From the NCBI RefSeq assembly GCF_006345805.1, contig NW_021833960.1, positions 1 through 56,213 on the forward strand: DNA of 56,213 nt. Direction: 5' to 3'. The DNA comes from Octopus sinensis. Taxonomy: Eukaryota. The notes beneath the pieces were generated by a model that saw only the letters and a program-made list of their open reading frames with translations, did no database searches and was not told where the DNA came from. Below are positions 37,990 through 50,954 of the stretch, in pieces (within the stretch, counting starts at the first letter, position 1; each line of letters starts with the position of its first letter). Made by a program: the position numbers and the translations under genes.

Positions 37990-38200
37990 CCAGCAAAGGT
38001 GAGAGTTGTTTGCAACACTCGCGCTGCGAATAATTGGAGGTCGAGATGAAAGCAAAATGGCGTCGCGGAAAAATAACTTTCCCTCCGTTATTAATTTTTA
38101 CTCGACTATTTCCTCCTTGTACAACCACCGTTTCCATACACACCCACACGGAGTGAAGTAGACATGCATACTGGAACTCATCCCCGCCCCCGCTTCGCTG
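37990..38200. promoter_or_regulatory. Putative promoter-like CpG-rich island
   Basis: YY1-type AAAATGGCG (38054-38062), GC box CCCCGCCCC (38182-38190) and local CpG enrichment in unique sequence. Confidence 0.35.
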
Positions 38201-38388
38201 TTCTCGTAAACTACCACTCTTCTCTACACACAGCTCATCTATACACTCTCTATTCTATACACACACATTAGATACAACCATTGGTGTATATACCTTCTAC
38301 GCTCTTATGTCAGCAGTCTGGGATTTTTCTTAGAGGCATGTGTGTGTGTTTGAATACATCTGTTATGCGTTCACGCGCAATCACATAC

Positions 38389-38620
38389 CTATTTCTTTAT
38401 TACCCACAAGGGGCTAAACACAGAGGGGACAAACAAGGACAGACATAGGTATTAAGTCGATTACATCGACCCCAGTGCGTAACTGGTACTTAATTTATCG
38501 ACCCCGAAAGGATGAAAGGCAAAGTCGACCTCGGCGGAATTTGAACTCACAACGTAACGCAGACGAAATACCGCAAAGCATTTCGCCCGGCGTGCTAACG
38601 TTTCTGCCAGCTCGCCGCCT
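38389..38620 (-). mobile_element. SINE family B, full length with TSD
   Basis: 11-bp TSD caatcacatac (38378-38388, 38621-38631). Confidence 0.95.
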
Positions 38621-38675
38621 CAATCACATACACATATATGTATATACCTGAACATATGCAATTTTATATGTGTGT

Positions 38676-38725
<50 letters not shown>

Positions 38726-38844
38726 GCGCGTGCGTATTTATATATTCAAATGTAATTAAAGGATGAAATCATAAAAAAATTTATCAGTGACCAGCATATA
38801 AAACAGACCTATTAAGATAAATTCATTTATAGAGGTTTGTAATC

Positions 38845-39058
38845 TTTTCTGCTCTAGGCACAAGGCTCGACATTTTTGGGGAGTGGGGGCATTCGACTAG
38901 ATCGACCCCAGTAATCAACTGGTAAGTAATTTATCGACACCGAATGGATGAAAGGCAAAGACGACCTCGGGGGAATTTGAACTCAGAACATGAGACAGAC
39001 GAAATACCACTAAGCATTTCGCCTGGCGTGCTAACGTTTCTGCCAGCTCGCCGCCTTA
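38845..39058 (-). mobile_element. SINE family B (alternative tail)
   Basis: Reverse complement of the consensus. Confidence 0.9.
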
Positions 39059-40394
39059 TATAGGGATTTATGATAGTATAGAGTACATATAATTAAGGGC
39101 ACACAGGCTTCTGTGCCTATATGCTGAAGATAGACGCTAAATCCGTCAAACACCCTAAATCATCATGTTATAATTTACACTTGTAAATATATATTTACAC
39201 ACAACACACACACACACACACACACACATACACACACACACATATATATATATATTTTCGTTATTACCAACGGAAGCAACGCTAGTTCAAAATAGCAACT
39301 TATAGATCATGTTTGAAGCCGATGTGTATTGTTGAAAGCCTGCTAAACTGCGGTATTTGTTCCGAGAGGGCATTTTGTATAGAGGTATAGTGCTAAAAAG
39401 CACAGAAATATTTCAGAACCAGACGAAAATTGTCCAGCATCGGTGGTTACAGTGCAAATACGTATTTCTGCTTCTTTGAACGTCATCAATAGCAAGGGTT
39501 TTTTCCCTCCAATATCTCACAAATTAACAACAACAGGCGGCAGCCGAAAGATCCTCCATGATATGCCACCTTTGATAAACGCCCGCACATAAGAAGACAT
39601 GGTCTTATCGTTTAAAATTTTTTTTGCTGTTACACTCAATTTCAATCGTTACTATGGCGCGTTGTCGAAGTGTTTATCGCTCAGTTTGCGTTGACTAAAG
39701 CCTTGTTAGTGCAGGGTTTTAGTAAATCAGGGCTTATCGGTTAAACCACTTGCTCACGCTGCCACGGAGTGAAACCGAATCACGGATGATGTGGTTAGGA
39801 AACAAACGTCTTACCCCACAGCCACGCCTGCGCCTAATTGTTCATATATGTGAGCGTATTTGAGCATATGTGCGCGTGTGTGTGCGTGCGCAAGAGTATA
39901 TGAACGTGTATATAACGAAGCAGTATTTCACTGCAGCAGCCATTTTCACGGTAGTCAGATATCTCTCCACTAAAAAATGTGTTTTGTCATTCTAGAAGAA
40001 TGAAGACGACAAAGGAATCTCTTGGCAATGGTCGGCCATTAAATACTATTAGAAGGGCGGCAACTACCCCACCCCTTCCTCTCTCTCTCCCTCACTATAT
40101 CTCTCTCTTTCTTCTTCTCTCTCCCCTACATAACTTCCACTAAATTCTCTTCTCTCTTATGTGTGCGTGTGTGCATGCGTGTATATGTATATATGTGTAT
40201 GCTATTTTATGTCAGTGTATATGTATATATTGTGAGCGTATATTCGTATACGTATGTATGTATGTATGTATGTATGTATGTATGTATGTATGTATGTATG
40301 TATGTATGTATGTATGTATGCATGCATGTATCTATATATGAATGCACCTATGTATCTATGTATGAATATGCATGTATTTATATATATGAATGCG

Positions 40395-40427
<33 letters not shown>

Positions 40428-40644
40428 CACACACACACACACACATATACATATGTATACAAAGAGGGAGAGAGAAATTGATATACATGCATACGCACTT
40501 ATGTATGTATGTATCTATCTATATATATATATATGAATGCATGTATATATATATTATATACACACATACATATATATATACATACATACATATATACATA
40601 TATGCATGTAATGTATGCATGTATGTACGTATGTGTGTATATAT

Positions 40645-40985
40645 GTATGTTCACGAAGAAGAGCGTTGCTCGAAACGTTAAACCATCTTTCTTTACTTCC
40701 CTGAGCGTCTGCTAATACTTTACATGTACCTCGTTCTCTTGTTGTTGTTTTTTTGAGTTTGTTCATCTTTTTTTTTGGATTTACTATATATATATACACA
40801 CGCGCACATGCATATACGGGTACAGGACGTTAGTAACAGTAAACAAGATGAAATACGCGAAGCAAATGAGTTTAATACGCAAACAACGAGAGAAACAAAT
40901 GGAAAACAGGACAAGTAACATAAAGAACGACCCTTCATCAGTTGTCAGTTGCCTATCTACTCCCCATTTCGAGCATTGTAATATA
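40645..40985. mobile_element. Penelope-like terminal repeats with hammerhead remnants
   Basis: Plus-strand cgaaga-a-gagc gtt gctc-GAAA-cgUU (40652-40680); adjacent gggtacaggac-family copy carrying a minus-strand CTGATGAaggg. Confidence 0.5.
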
Positions 40986-41104
40986 TATATATATTATACA
41001 CAGAGGGAGAGCGAGAGAGATTGATATACATATTTGTATGTATGTATGTATGTATGTATGTATGTATGTATGTATGTATGTATGTATGTATGTATGTATG
41101 TATG

Positions 41105-42412
41105 TTACATCCATTATCGAACCTCTGGCAGCATATTTAATATCAGGCGCTTTGCTGCGAAAACAAAGGTATTTACCTCTACCATGAGAGACCTTTTGTA
41201 TGCTGATGATTGTGAGCTAGTAGCACACACAGAGATTGATATGCAACACATTTTGAATGCATTCTCTGATGCTTGCACTGCCTTAGGATTGACAGTCAAT
41301 CTCAAGAAAACTGTTGTCATGCATCAACCTGTCCCTGGTAAGCAGTATAGTGTACTAAATATCTATGTGAATGGTAAACGACTTGATGTAGTCGATCAGT
41401 TTATCTACCTGGGAAGCACTATTAATAGATATGGCAATGTGGATGATGAAGTTCTATATAGAATTAGGAAAGCAAGTGTTGCTTTCGGAAGGCTAGAAAA
41501 GCGCCTCTGGAGTCGGCGAGACATATGCAGAAAGACAAAGATAAAGGTGTACAAGGCATGTGTGCTCCCTTCTCTTCTCTATGCCTGCGAGACATGGGTC
41601 ACATATCGATACCACCTTAAACAAGTGGAACGTTTCCATCAGATGTGTCTCAGACGGATCTATGGCATTAAGTGGAAGGACCGCATCAGTGATCTTGAAA
41701 TATTAGAAGGCTCTCGGCGTGAAAGTATAGAAGCTCTTGTGTTAAAGCAAAGGCTCAGATGGAGTGGTCATCTGGTCAGGACGAAGGATTCAAGGATGCC
41801 AAAACAGCTCTTTTATGGAGAGTTAGCTAAAGGAGAATGACCTCCACAAACCAAAAAAGAGTATAAGACTTGCTGAGGCTTCCTTAAGAGATGTTTGCAT
41901 CTCTCCTGACATATGGGAAGGCATAGCTATTGATCGTAGCAGGTGGAGAAGGATTGTGCATGAGGGGACAGCTACTTTTGAGAAATCTCAAGTTGCACAT
42001 GAGAAAGTAAGGAGGGATGTCAGGAAGGGCATCGCTGTTACACTTCCAAATGCAGTGTCTGTGCAAGACCCTGCCTCAGTAAAGCTGGACTCAAGATTCA
42101 TCTTCGTAGTCATAAAACGCGACAGATGAGTGACAACATGGCCACTGGTGGTGGTGTTACACACCATACTAATCATATCTGTCAGGCATGTGGAAGAGAG
42201 TGTAATTTGGCAGGAGGACTTAAACGACATGCAAAGGTACATGAAGCCCAGTTACAACTACAGCCGGCTATTACCGGTAAAGGTCTTAGTTGCCAATTTT
42301 GTACAAGACATTGTAGATCTTTAGCTGGGCTAAAAAGTCACATTCGATCACAGCACCAGTAACAGTTACGCTTCGTGCAATGGCCATACTCGATAACAAG
42401 GGGGCAGCCATA
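41105..42412 (+). mobile_element. 5'-truncated RTE-clade LINE with three C-terminal C2H2 zinc fingers
   Basis: YRTSGSIFNIRRFAAKTKV...RDLLYADDC...FIYLGS...LLYACETW...LRWSGHLVR..RMPKQLFYGEL; a stop at 41840, then CSVCARPCLSKAGLKIHLRSH, CQACGRECNLAGGLKRHAKVH and CQFCTRHCRSLAGLKSHIRSQH; (TATG)n on both sides. Confidence 0.93.
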
Positions 42413-42765
42413 ATGTATGTATTATGTAGTTGTATTTGTATGTATGTATGTATGTAGTATGTATGTATGTATTTATGTGTGTATTATGTATTATGTATGT
42501 ATGTATGTATGTATGTATGTATGTATGTATGTATGTGCGTATGTATGTGTATTTATGTATGTATGTATGTATGTATGTATGTATGTATGAATGTGTGTAT
42601 GTATGTATTATGTATGTATGTGAGTGTGTGTATGTATGTATGGCATAGGCTGGACAGTTGGACAGTTTCTAATGGGGTGAGGACTGCGTTGATCACTAAT
42701 TCCCCCGCTTTGGTATATACATACACAACACACACCACTATATATATATATATTAATATTAAATC

Positions 42766-42790
<25 letters not shown>

Positions 42791-42798
<8 letters not shown>

Positions 42799-43200
42799 TT
42801 CCTGAGCGCCATACTAATACAATTGTTCGTTTGTCCACCTTGCCTTCGTCTTTTGTCTATTTTCATAAAGCTTCCCGTTATATATTATTAATAGTATATA
42901 TATATATATATATATATTATTATATATATATGTAAATGCATATATGTATGTATATATGTATATACATATATATATATATATAAAATGTGACCGCGTGTGT
43001 ACCGTTGGCGATTTTTTTTCCTCCCTCTGTTTTCCCTCTCTGGATCTTTCCTTCCCTAGTTTCCGATCCGACGAAGAGCTCTGCTCAAACGTTAAAGACT
43101 TGTTTTATTTATATTTCCTGAGCGCCATACTAATACAATTGTTCGTTTGTTTTTCACCTGCCTTCGTCTTTTGTCTATTTTCATAAGCTTTCCCGTTATA
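42791..43200 (+). mobile_element. Partial-tandem Penelope-like terminal repeat with hammerhead remnant
   Basis: About 92-bp direct repeat (42791-42882, 43107-43200); CCGACGA-a-gagc tct gctc-(G)AAA-cgUU at 43068-43092. Confidence 0.6.
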
Positions 43201-43474
43201 TATATATATATATACAATATCATATATATTTGCATAAATATAATATATATGTTTATAAACACGTACACTTGCACTGGCGCACACACGCAGAGAGGAAAAT
43301 AGAGAGAAAGAAATCTGAATTATCTGAATTGAGAGAAAGAGACATAAACAGGTGTAAATAAATTGACCCGCGCGAGTTTGATAAATATATATTTATGTTA
43401 ATTGTACAAACTGACGATTCTAAATTTATTCACTAATATTAATTCATCAATTTAAAGTTAAATTGTTTTTATAT

Positions 43475-43632
43475 AGCGCAGAAGTGGCTGTGTGGTAAGT
43501 AGCTTGCTTACCAACCACACGGTTCCGGGTTCCAGTGGCACCTTGGGCAAGTGTCTTCTACTATAGCATAGGGCCGACCAAAGCCTTGTGAATGGATTTG
43601 GTTGACGGAAACTGAAAGAAGCTTGTCGTATG

Positions 43633-43663
<31 letters not shown>

Positions 43664-43865
43664 TGCGCGTGCGTGTGTGTGTCTGTGTGTTTGTGTTTGT
43701 CCCTCCAAAACTGGTGTGTTTACGTCCCCGTAACTTAGCGGTTCGGCAAGAGATATAATAAGTACTAGGCTCACAAAGCCCTGGGGTCGATTTGCTCGAC
43801 TAAAGGCGGTGCTCCAGCATGGCCGCAGTCAAATGACTGAACAAGTAAAAGAGTAAAAGAGTATA
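43475..43865 (+). mobile_element. SINE family A, full length with small deletions
   Basis: Consensus head, body and tail. Confidence 0.92.
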
Positions 43866-43888
43866 TAGAACATCACATAAAAACACAA

Positions 43889-44172
43889 ATGTATGTATGT
43901 ATGTATGTATGTATGTATGTATGTATGTATGTATGTATGTATGTGTGTATGTATGTATGTATGTATGTGTGTATGTATGTATGTATGTATGTATGTCTGT
44001 ATGTATGTTTGTATGTATGTATGTATGCATGCATGTATGTATGTCTGTCTGTATGTATGTATGTATGTATGTATGTATGTATGCATGTATGTATGTATGT
44101 ATGTATGCATGCTGCTGTATGTATGTATGTATGTATGTATGTATGTATGTATGTATGTATGCATGTATGTAT

Positions 44173-44203
<31 letters not shown>

Positions 44204-44352
44204 GCTGTTGTATGTATGTATGTATGTATGTATGTATGCATGTATGTATGTATGTATGCATGCATGTATGTATGTCTGTATGTATGTATGTATGTATGTA
44301 TGTATGCATGCTGTATGTATGTATGTATGTATGTATGTATGTATGTATGTAC

Positions 44353-44383
<31 letters not shown>

Positions 44384-44480
44384 TGTATGTATGTATGTGG
44401 TGACGCATATGTGTGTGTGCATGCATAATACATGCATGCATAAATATATATATATATATGTATATGCATATATGTATGTG
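43889..44480. repeat. Long (TATG)n microsatellite
   Basis: Directly visible. Confidence 0.95.
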
Positions 44481-45047
44481 TATACATGTACACACACATA
44501 TTGAGCATATTGTCGTGTATATATATATGTGTTTGTGTGTGTGCTTTCGTTCTTCATTCATTGTGTGTGGAAAAAGGCAACCACGAAGGGGTTATGAAGA
44601 GGTTGTCGTCTAGAGAAGACACAGGCGATCACTCTACCACCACCACCACCACCACCAATAACAACACCACTTCTATGCCACCACCACCACCACCGCCACC
44701 ACCAAAACCTTCCCCATCGTCGTCATCGACCCCTCCCCCCCCTCCACCAGCAATAGCTCCACATACCTCCAGATATTTGTGTTGTTACGGCTTACTCGAC
44801 ACGCGAACGAGAAACAATAAGCTCGGTCATTTTGCTTTTGAAACGTCACAAAGGTTTTTAATACGAAAAACTAATTTAACGAAGATTTTCTTGGTTTATC
44901 TCGCACCAACCAGATGTTTTTTTCTAATGTTTTACTTTCAATACTTTGTGTGCCTGTCTTTCTTCGTTGTCACCCTCTCCGCAATCACATCGCCATTGCT
45001 GATATGAACTTGGGCGAAACTGAAACAATGACAGCGACAGCAACAAG

Positions 45048-45303
45048 CAGTGGCCCAGTGGTTAGAGCAGCGGACTCGCAGTCGTAAGAACGCGGTTTCG
45101 ATTCCCAATCCGGGCATTGTGAGTGTTTATTGAGCAAAAACACCTAAGTTCCACGAGTTCAAATTCCGCATAGGTCGACTATTCCTTTCATCCTTTTGGG
45201 GTCGCTAAAGTAGGTACCAGTGAAACACTGGGGTTGATGTAAATCTACTTATCACCTTCCCGGAAATTGCTGGCATTGTGCCAAAATTTGAAACCGATAT
45301 TAA
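45048..45303 (+). mobile_element. Chimeric SINE: family C head fused to family B body and tail
   Basis: C sequence up to ..ctaagttccacGAG continues as B sequence GAGttcaaattccgc.. Confidence 0.85.
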
Positions 45304-45655
45304 CATAGTCTCTCCACCACCACCCACCGTTCACCACCAAGAGACTTTGGAAGGAAAATACAGTGAATTTGATCGACTCATATGTATTACTGGTACTTAC
45401 AGTTACATACATATCGTCGCAGCACACACACACACACGCATATTACTGTCACATACATACATACAAACGTACATACATACATACATACATACATACATAC
45501 ATACATGCATACATACATACATACATACATACATACATACATACATGCATACATACATACATACATACATACATACATACATACATGCATACATACATAC
45601 ATACATACATACATACATGCATACATACATACATACATACATACATACATACATA

Positions 45656-45945
45656 CTTACATGCAATTACTCTATCCAAATTACAAGTTCAAGTTTATAC
45701 CTGTAATTATTGGGGCCCTGGGATACGTAACATACTGCCTAAATACCAATCTTGAGAAATTAGGCTCGACAAAGCCAGAAAGGAGAAAGCTAATTCGAAG
45801 ACTACAGATCGAATTCATCACTGGAACTGTAAAAATCTGTAAAACTTTCCAGAAGTTTATCAGTAAATATATATGAGCATGTCTAGATATGCGACTATAT
45901 GCATGATAATGCCTACATAGAGCAAAACATACAAATCTGCACGTA
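45656..45945 (+). mobile_element. RLE-class LINE (R4/Dong/Hero-like) 3'-terminal fragment inside (CATA)n
   Basis: YMQLLYPNYKFKFIPVIIGALGYV...LEKLG...LQIEFITGTVKICKTF*, an REL-endonuclease C-terminus; short 3' UTR runs into (ACAT)n. Confidence 0.8.
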
Positions 45946-46960
45946 TACATAAATACATACATACATACATACATACATACATACATACATACATACATAC
46001 ATACATACATACATACATGCATACATACATACATACATGCATACATACATACATACATGCATACATACGTACATACATACATACATACATACATACATAC
46101 ATACATGCATACATACACACATATACACATACACACATACATACATACATACATACATACATGCATACATACATGCATGCATACATACATACATACATGC
46201 ATACATACATACATACATACATACATACATACATACATACATACATGCATACATACATACATACATGCATACATACATACATACATACATACATGCATAC
46301 ATACATACATACATGCATACATACATGCATACATACATACATACATACATACATACATGCATACATACATACATACATACTACATGCAGCATACATACAT
46401 ACATACATACAACATACATACATCATACATACATACATACATGCATACATACATACATACATACATACATACATACATACATACATACATACATGCATAC
46501 ATACACACATACACACATACACACATACATACATACATACATACATAATACAATACAACAACATACATACATACACATACATACATACATACATACATAC
46601 ATACATACATACATACATACATACACATACATACACACATACACACATACATATATACATACATACATACATGCATACATACATGCATACATACATACAT
46701 ACATACATACATACATGCATACATACATACATACATACACATACATACATACATACATACATACACATACATACATACATACATACATACATACATACAC
46801 ATACATACACACATACACACATACATATATACATACATACATACATGCATACATACATGCATACATACATACATTCATACATACATGCATACATACATAC
46901 ATACATATATACATACATACATACATACATACATACATAATACATACATACATACACAAA
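45945..46960. repeat. About 1-kb (CATA)n microsatellite
   Basis: Directly visible; explains the HTYI/MYVC ORFs. Confidence 0.95.
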
Positions 46961-47006
46961 TATACAATCACCTACACATACAATATCTGGTTCCTACGTT
47001 CCAAGT

Positions 47007-47052
<46 letters not shown>

Positions 47053-47295
47053 ATTTCTTCATTTGTCCATCTTACACGACCGCACGCACAATTCCTCGCC
47101 ACACATTCAAACATACACACGGACACACATACAGAAAGGCAGGCACAGATATATACACATGGTTGCAGGTAAGGATATAATCACATCTAATCCCATGAAG
47201 CAGAAAGAGAAGACGAACGTAGATACACACACACAAACACACACTTTTAAAAGGGCACACACATACACACACACAAACACACACACACTTATACA

Positions 47296-47327
<32 letters not shown>

Positions 47328-47637
47328 CGCACAAATATATTCTTGCACGCAAACTACAGTGTCATGACAAACCATATATAAGCCATAGACATCACTTACA
47401 CGCATACATACACATACATATACACACACATACATACACGCACACATATACAAACATACATACGTAGATACATATACAGAAGCATGCATACATACATACA
47501 GACAGACAAACAGACAGACAGATAATCACACTCCGGCAGCACGCAAACGCTATCATAATCTCATGTACTAGATTTCACACACACACCACATACACACATA
47601 CACGCATGCATACACACACACACACACACACGTGCAC

Positions 47638-48088
47638 AAACCAGAAATATATTCCTAGGGCACGCACACACACAGACACACACGCGCACACACCCACACC
47701 CACATGCACACATACACACACGCACACGCACACACACACGCACACAAACAAGAAATATACCCCCGGGTCACGCACCCAGACACACGCACACATACACACA
47801 CGCGCACACACACACACATGCACACATAGACACACGCACATGCACAGACACACGCACACAAACGAGAAATATACCCCCGGGTCACGCACCCAGACACGCA
47901 CATATACACACACAAACACTCACATACACACACATACACACACGCACAAACAAACCAGAAATATACCCCAGGGGCACCCCCCCACACACACACAAACACA
48001 CACTCGACACACACGAACCAGAATTATACCCCCGAGGCACGCAAACAGACACATGCACATAAACCATAAATATACCGCGGGGCACGCG
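47638..48088. repeat. Interrupted minisatellite: six copies of a 28-31-bp core separated by variable (CA)-rich spacers
   Basis: Core AAAC(C/A/G)AGAAATATACCCC(C)GGG(T/G)CACGCAC at 47638, 47746, 47860, 47952, 48015 and 48061. Confidence 0.85.
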
Positions 48089-48334
48089 CACACACAGGCA
48101 CACACACAGGCACACACACACACACAGACACACACACATGTGGTATATGTTAACCCCTCACCTTCAATCCATTCCGCATCAAACGCATACAACTGGCCCT
48201 CTCTGACAGTTGGTCACCCCATCATTTGTGGTCCTCGGTTAATGAAGGATGCTGACAGAACTTAGGAAAGCAATATGTTACGCATCATTTATTCATTGAT
48301 ACCTGTATGTGTAGATGTGGACGCGCGCGTGTGT

Positions 48335-48376
<42 letters not shown>

Positions 48377-48804
48377 GACAGACAGACAGAGACAGACAAA
48401 GTGACAGACAGAAAGAGGGACAGAGAGAGAGAAGGAGAGAGACAGAGACAGAAACAGACAAACAGAGAGAGAGAGAGGGAGAGACAGAAAGAAAGAGAAG
48501 ATGGAAGAGAAAGAAAACGAGAGAGAGTATAAACGTGTGTATCTTTTACCATTTGCGTGGTTGGTTATTAGACTGCGGCCATGCGTGCACATCCACACGT
48601 AAAAGGCACTAGCCCCTATCCACACGCGCACACACATTCTCACATGCACATACGCACCTGCACCTTCGTTTTGGGATCACCAGTACTTTATCATCTACCC
48701 TTTCTTCTTAGCTCTCCTGTCCAACTAGCTTTTTGCAACCAGTCGCCATGATTGACTGCTAGCTCCATAAGTTTTTTTATTTTCCTGTTTATTTCATCGT
48801 GTTC

Positions 48805-48838
48805 CTTTCTGTTGAAGAGCATGGCTCGAACGTAAAAG
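48805..48838 (+). ncRNA. Degenerate minimal hammerhead-like motif
   Basis: Stem I cttt/aaag; CTGTTGA (A6U); a; gagc-atg-gctc; GAA with one A missing; cgUA. Confidence 0.4.
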
Positions 48839-48886
48839 ACTTTTTCATTTTCCCGAGTGTCAAACTAATACACCTGCTTGTCGTTC

Positions 48887-48927
<41 letters not shown>

Positions 48928-49185
48928 ATATTTGGGAGTATAACTCCAAACTTACAGGGAAAAATTCAATTTAGTATTAAATCAAATTTCACAATATAAC
49001 TATATAATATATATATATAATATATATATAAATAAGAGAAAAACCACTATTATGTAATTCAAACAATGATAGACATAAACAATATCATATAGAAAAAATA
49101 AAATATATTATAAAGCATATATCTAGATCACAAAACGCACATAATAATGAAAAAACATTATATAACTATTATTGTTATTATTGTT

Positions 49186-49286
49186 GACCTGAGGAGTGAC
49201 TATACTTTTAAATTGAATTATATGGGATTAAATTTCAATTTAATTGTAATTCGAATTGAAGTTATAGCCACGAAACGTACGTAGTC
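49186..49286 (+). ncRNA. Type I hammerhead ribozyme candidate with intact catalytic core
   Basis: Stem I gac/gtc; CTGAGGA (49189-49195); long stem II gtgactatac/gttatagccac; GAAA (49272-49275); palindromic stem III ACGTACGT; GUA site at 49281-49283. It sits in the loop of 130-bp inverted arms (49035-49165, 49297-49417). Confidence 0.65.
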
Positions 49287-49418
49287 TTTTTACTTATTAT
49301 ATAATGTTTATTCATTATTATGTACTTTTTGTGATCTAGATATATGTTTTATAATATATTTTATTTTTTCTATATGATATGGTTTATGTTTGAATTACAT
49401 AACAGTGACTTTTCTCTA

Positions 49419-49515
<97 letters not shown>

Positions 49516-49538
49516 ATCTATCTATCTATCTATCTATC

Positions 49539-49572
<34 letters not shown>

Positions 49573-49579
49573 ATATATA

Positions 49580-50320
49580 TATTTAAATATCGAAAAAGTT
49601 AGTGAATGTACAAATTCGCAATTGGTTTTGTAAACACGGTAAACAATTAGCTGAATTCTCTGCAAAATCTAAGTTTGTACAATGGTCATAATAAAAGTTA
49701 ATAACACTAACACTAGTTTCGTCCAAATATCTCATGTGCAAAATAAGAGAACAATTAGATTCTTCCAGAAATTTCTGGAAATTTCAAACATTCTTTACAT
49801 TTGCAGGTTCAACGTTACTACTGTCTCAGTATTGTGCTAGCTTCCGAACATGGCATACCATGATAAAGTTACTCCCGACCTCCGAAAAGAATTGTCAGGA
49901 TGAAAGTTTCAGGAACGACTCTCTCGGCTATTTTACGTGTTCTTAAGATCTATGAAGAACCTGAAGGTTTAGAACTGAAAAAGGCAACTGGTAGACCATG
50001 CAAAACCACAATGCAAGATGATCGAGCTATGAAACGGTACATATTGAAGAATCCTTTCGGGACTGCAGCTGGAATTTTTAAGAAAATAAAAGTGAATAGT
50101 GGTACGGAAGTGAGCCGCTTTATAGTGTCTCGTCGTCTGAAGGAATTTGGATTAAAGACTTGTTCCTCGGCAACGAAACCAATCATCAGCAAAAAGAACA
50201 AACTGGAAAGACTTTCACTTGCAGAAGCCTATATGAAGTGGAATGATGAAAATTGATCAAAAGTCCATTTTAGCGATGAAAGCAAATTCAATGTAGTAGG
50301 TTCAGATGGTAGACAGTATG
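49580..50320 (+). mobile_element. Tc1 element no. 2, 5' half (duplicated arm)
   Basis: Terminal repeat plus MAYHDK...ATGRPCKTT...HFSDESKFNVVGSDGRQY, then a SINE C insertion. Confidence 0.9.
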
Positions 50321-50561
50321 GAAGCACTCCGTCGGTTACGACGACGAGGGTTCCGGTTGATCCGAATCAACGGAACAGCCTGCTCGTGAAATTAACGTGT
50401 ATGTGGCTGAGCACTCCACAGACACGTGTACCCTTAACGTAGTTCTCGGGGACATTCAGTGTGACACAGAGAGTGACAAGGCCGGCCCTTTGAAATACAG
50501 GTACAACAGAAACAGGAAGTAAGAGTGAGAGAAAGTTGTGGTGAAAGAGTACAGCAGGGAT
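50319..50561 (-). mobile_element. SINE C 3' part (duplicated arm)
   Basis: Reverse complement of the family C tail, truncated at (TA)n. Confidence 0.93.
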
Positions 50562-50644
50562 ATATATATATATATACATACATCTATATATATACATATA
50601 CATACATACACACACACACACATATATATACATATGTGTGTATG

Positions 50645-50680
<36 letters not shown>

Positions 50681-50761
50681 TGTATGCATACGGTTATATG
50701 CATATATATGCATATAACCGTATACATACAATATATATATACATACACACACATGTATATA

Positions 50762-50793
<32 letters not shown>

Positions 50794-50889
50794 CAAATTG
50801 AGATAGGGTGGTGGTTTAATAAAGTATGTGATTGAGTATTTATCCGGTAATTGATATTTGATTTAGATGTATTTCTCCATTTTCTTATC

Positions 50890-50949
<60 letters not shown>

Positions 50950-50954
50950 TATAT

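Noticed and set aside
45382-47467. Long ORFs (up to 476 aa) of HTYI/MYVC repeats, and similar ORFs at 492-908, 4936-5460, 12975-13402 and 43829-44561
   Set aside because: They are translations of stop-free microsatellites, open in several frames on both strands, with no coding signal.
47638-48088. CRISPR array (conserved repeat with variable spacers)
   Set aside because: Eukaryotic context, no cas genes, low-complexity CA spacers of very unequal length, and imperfect repeats.
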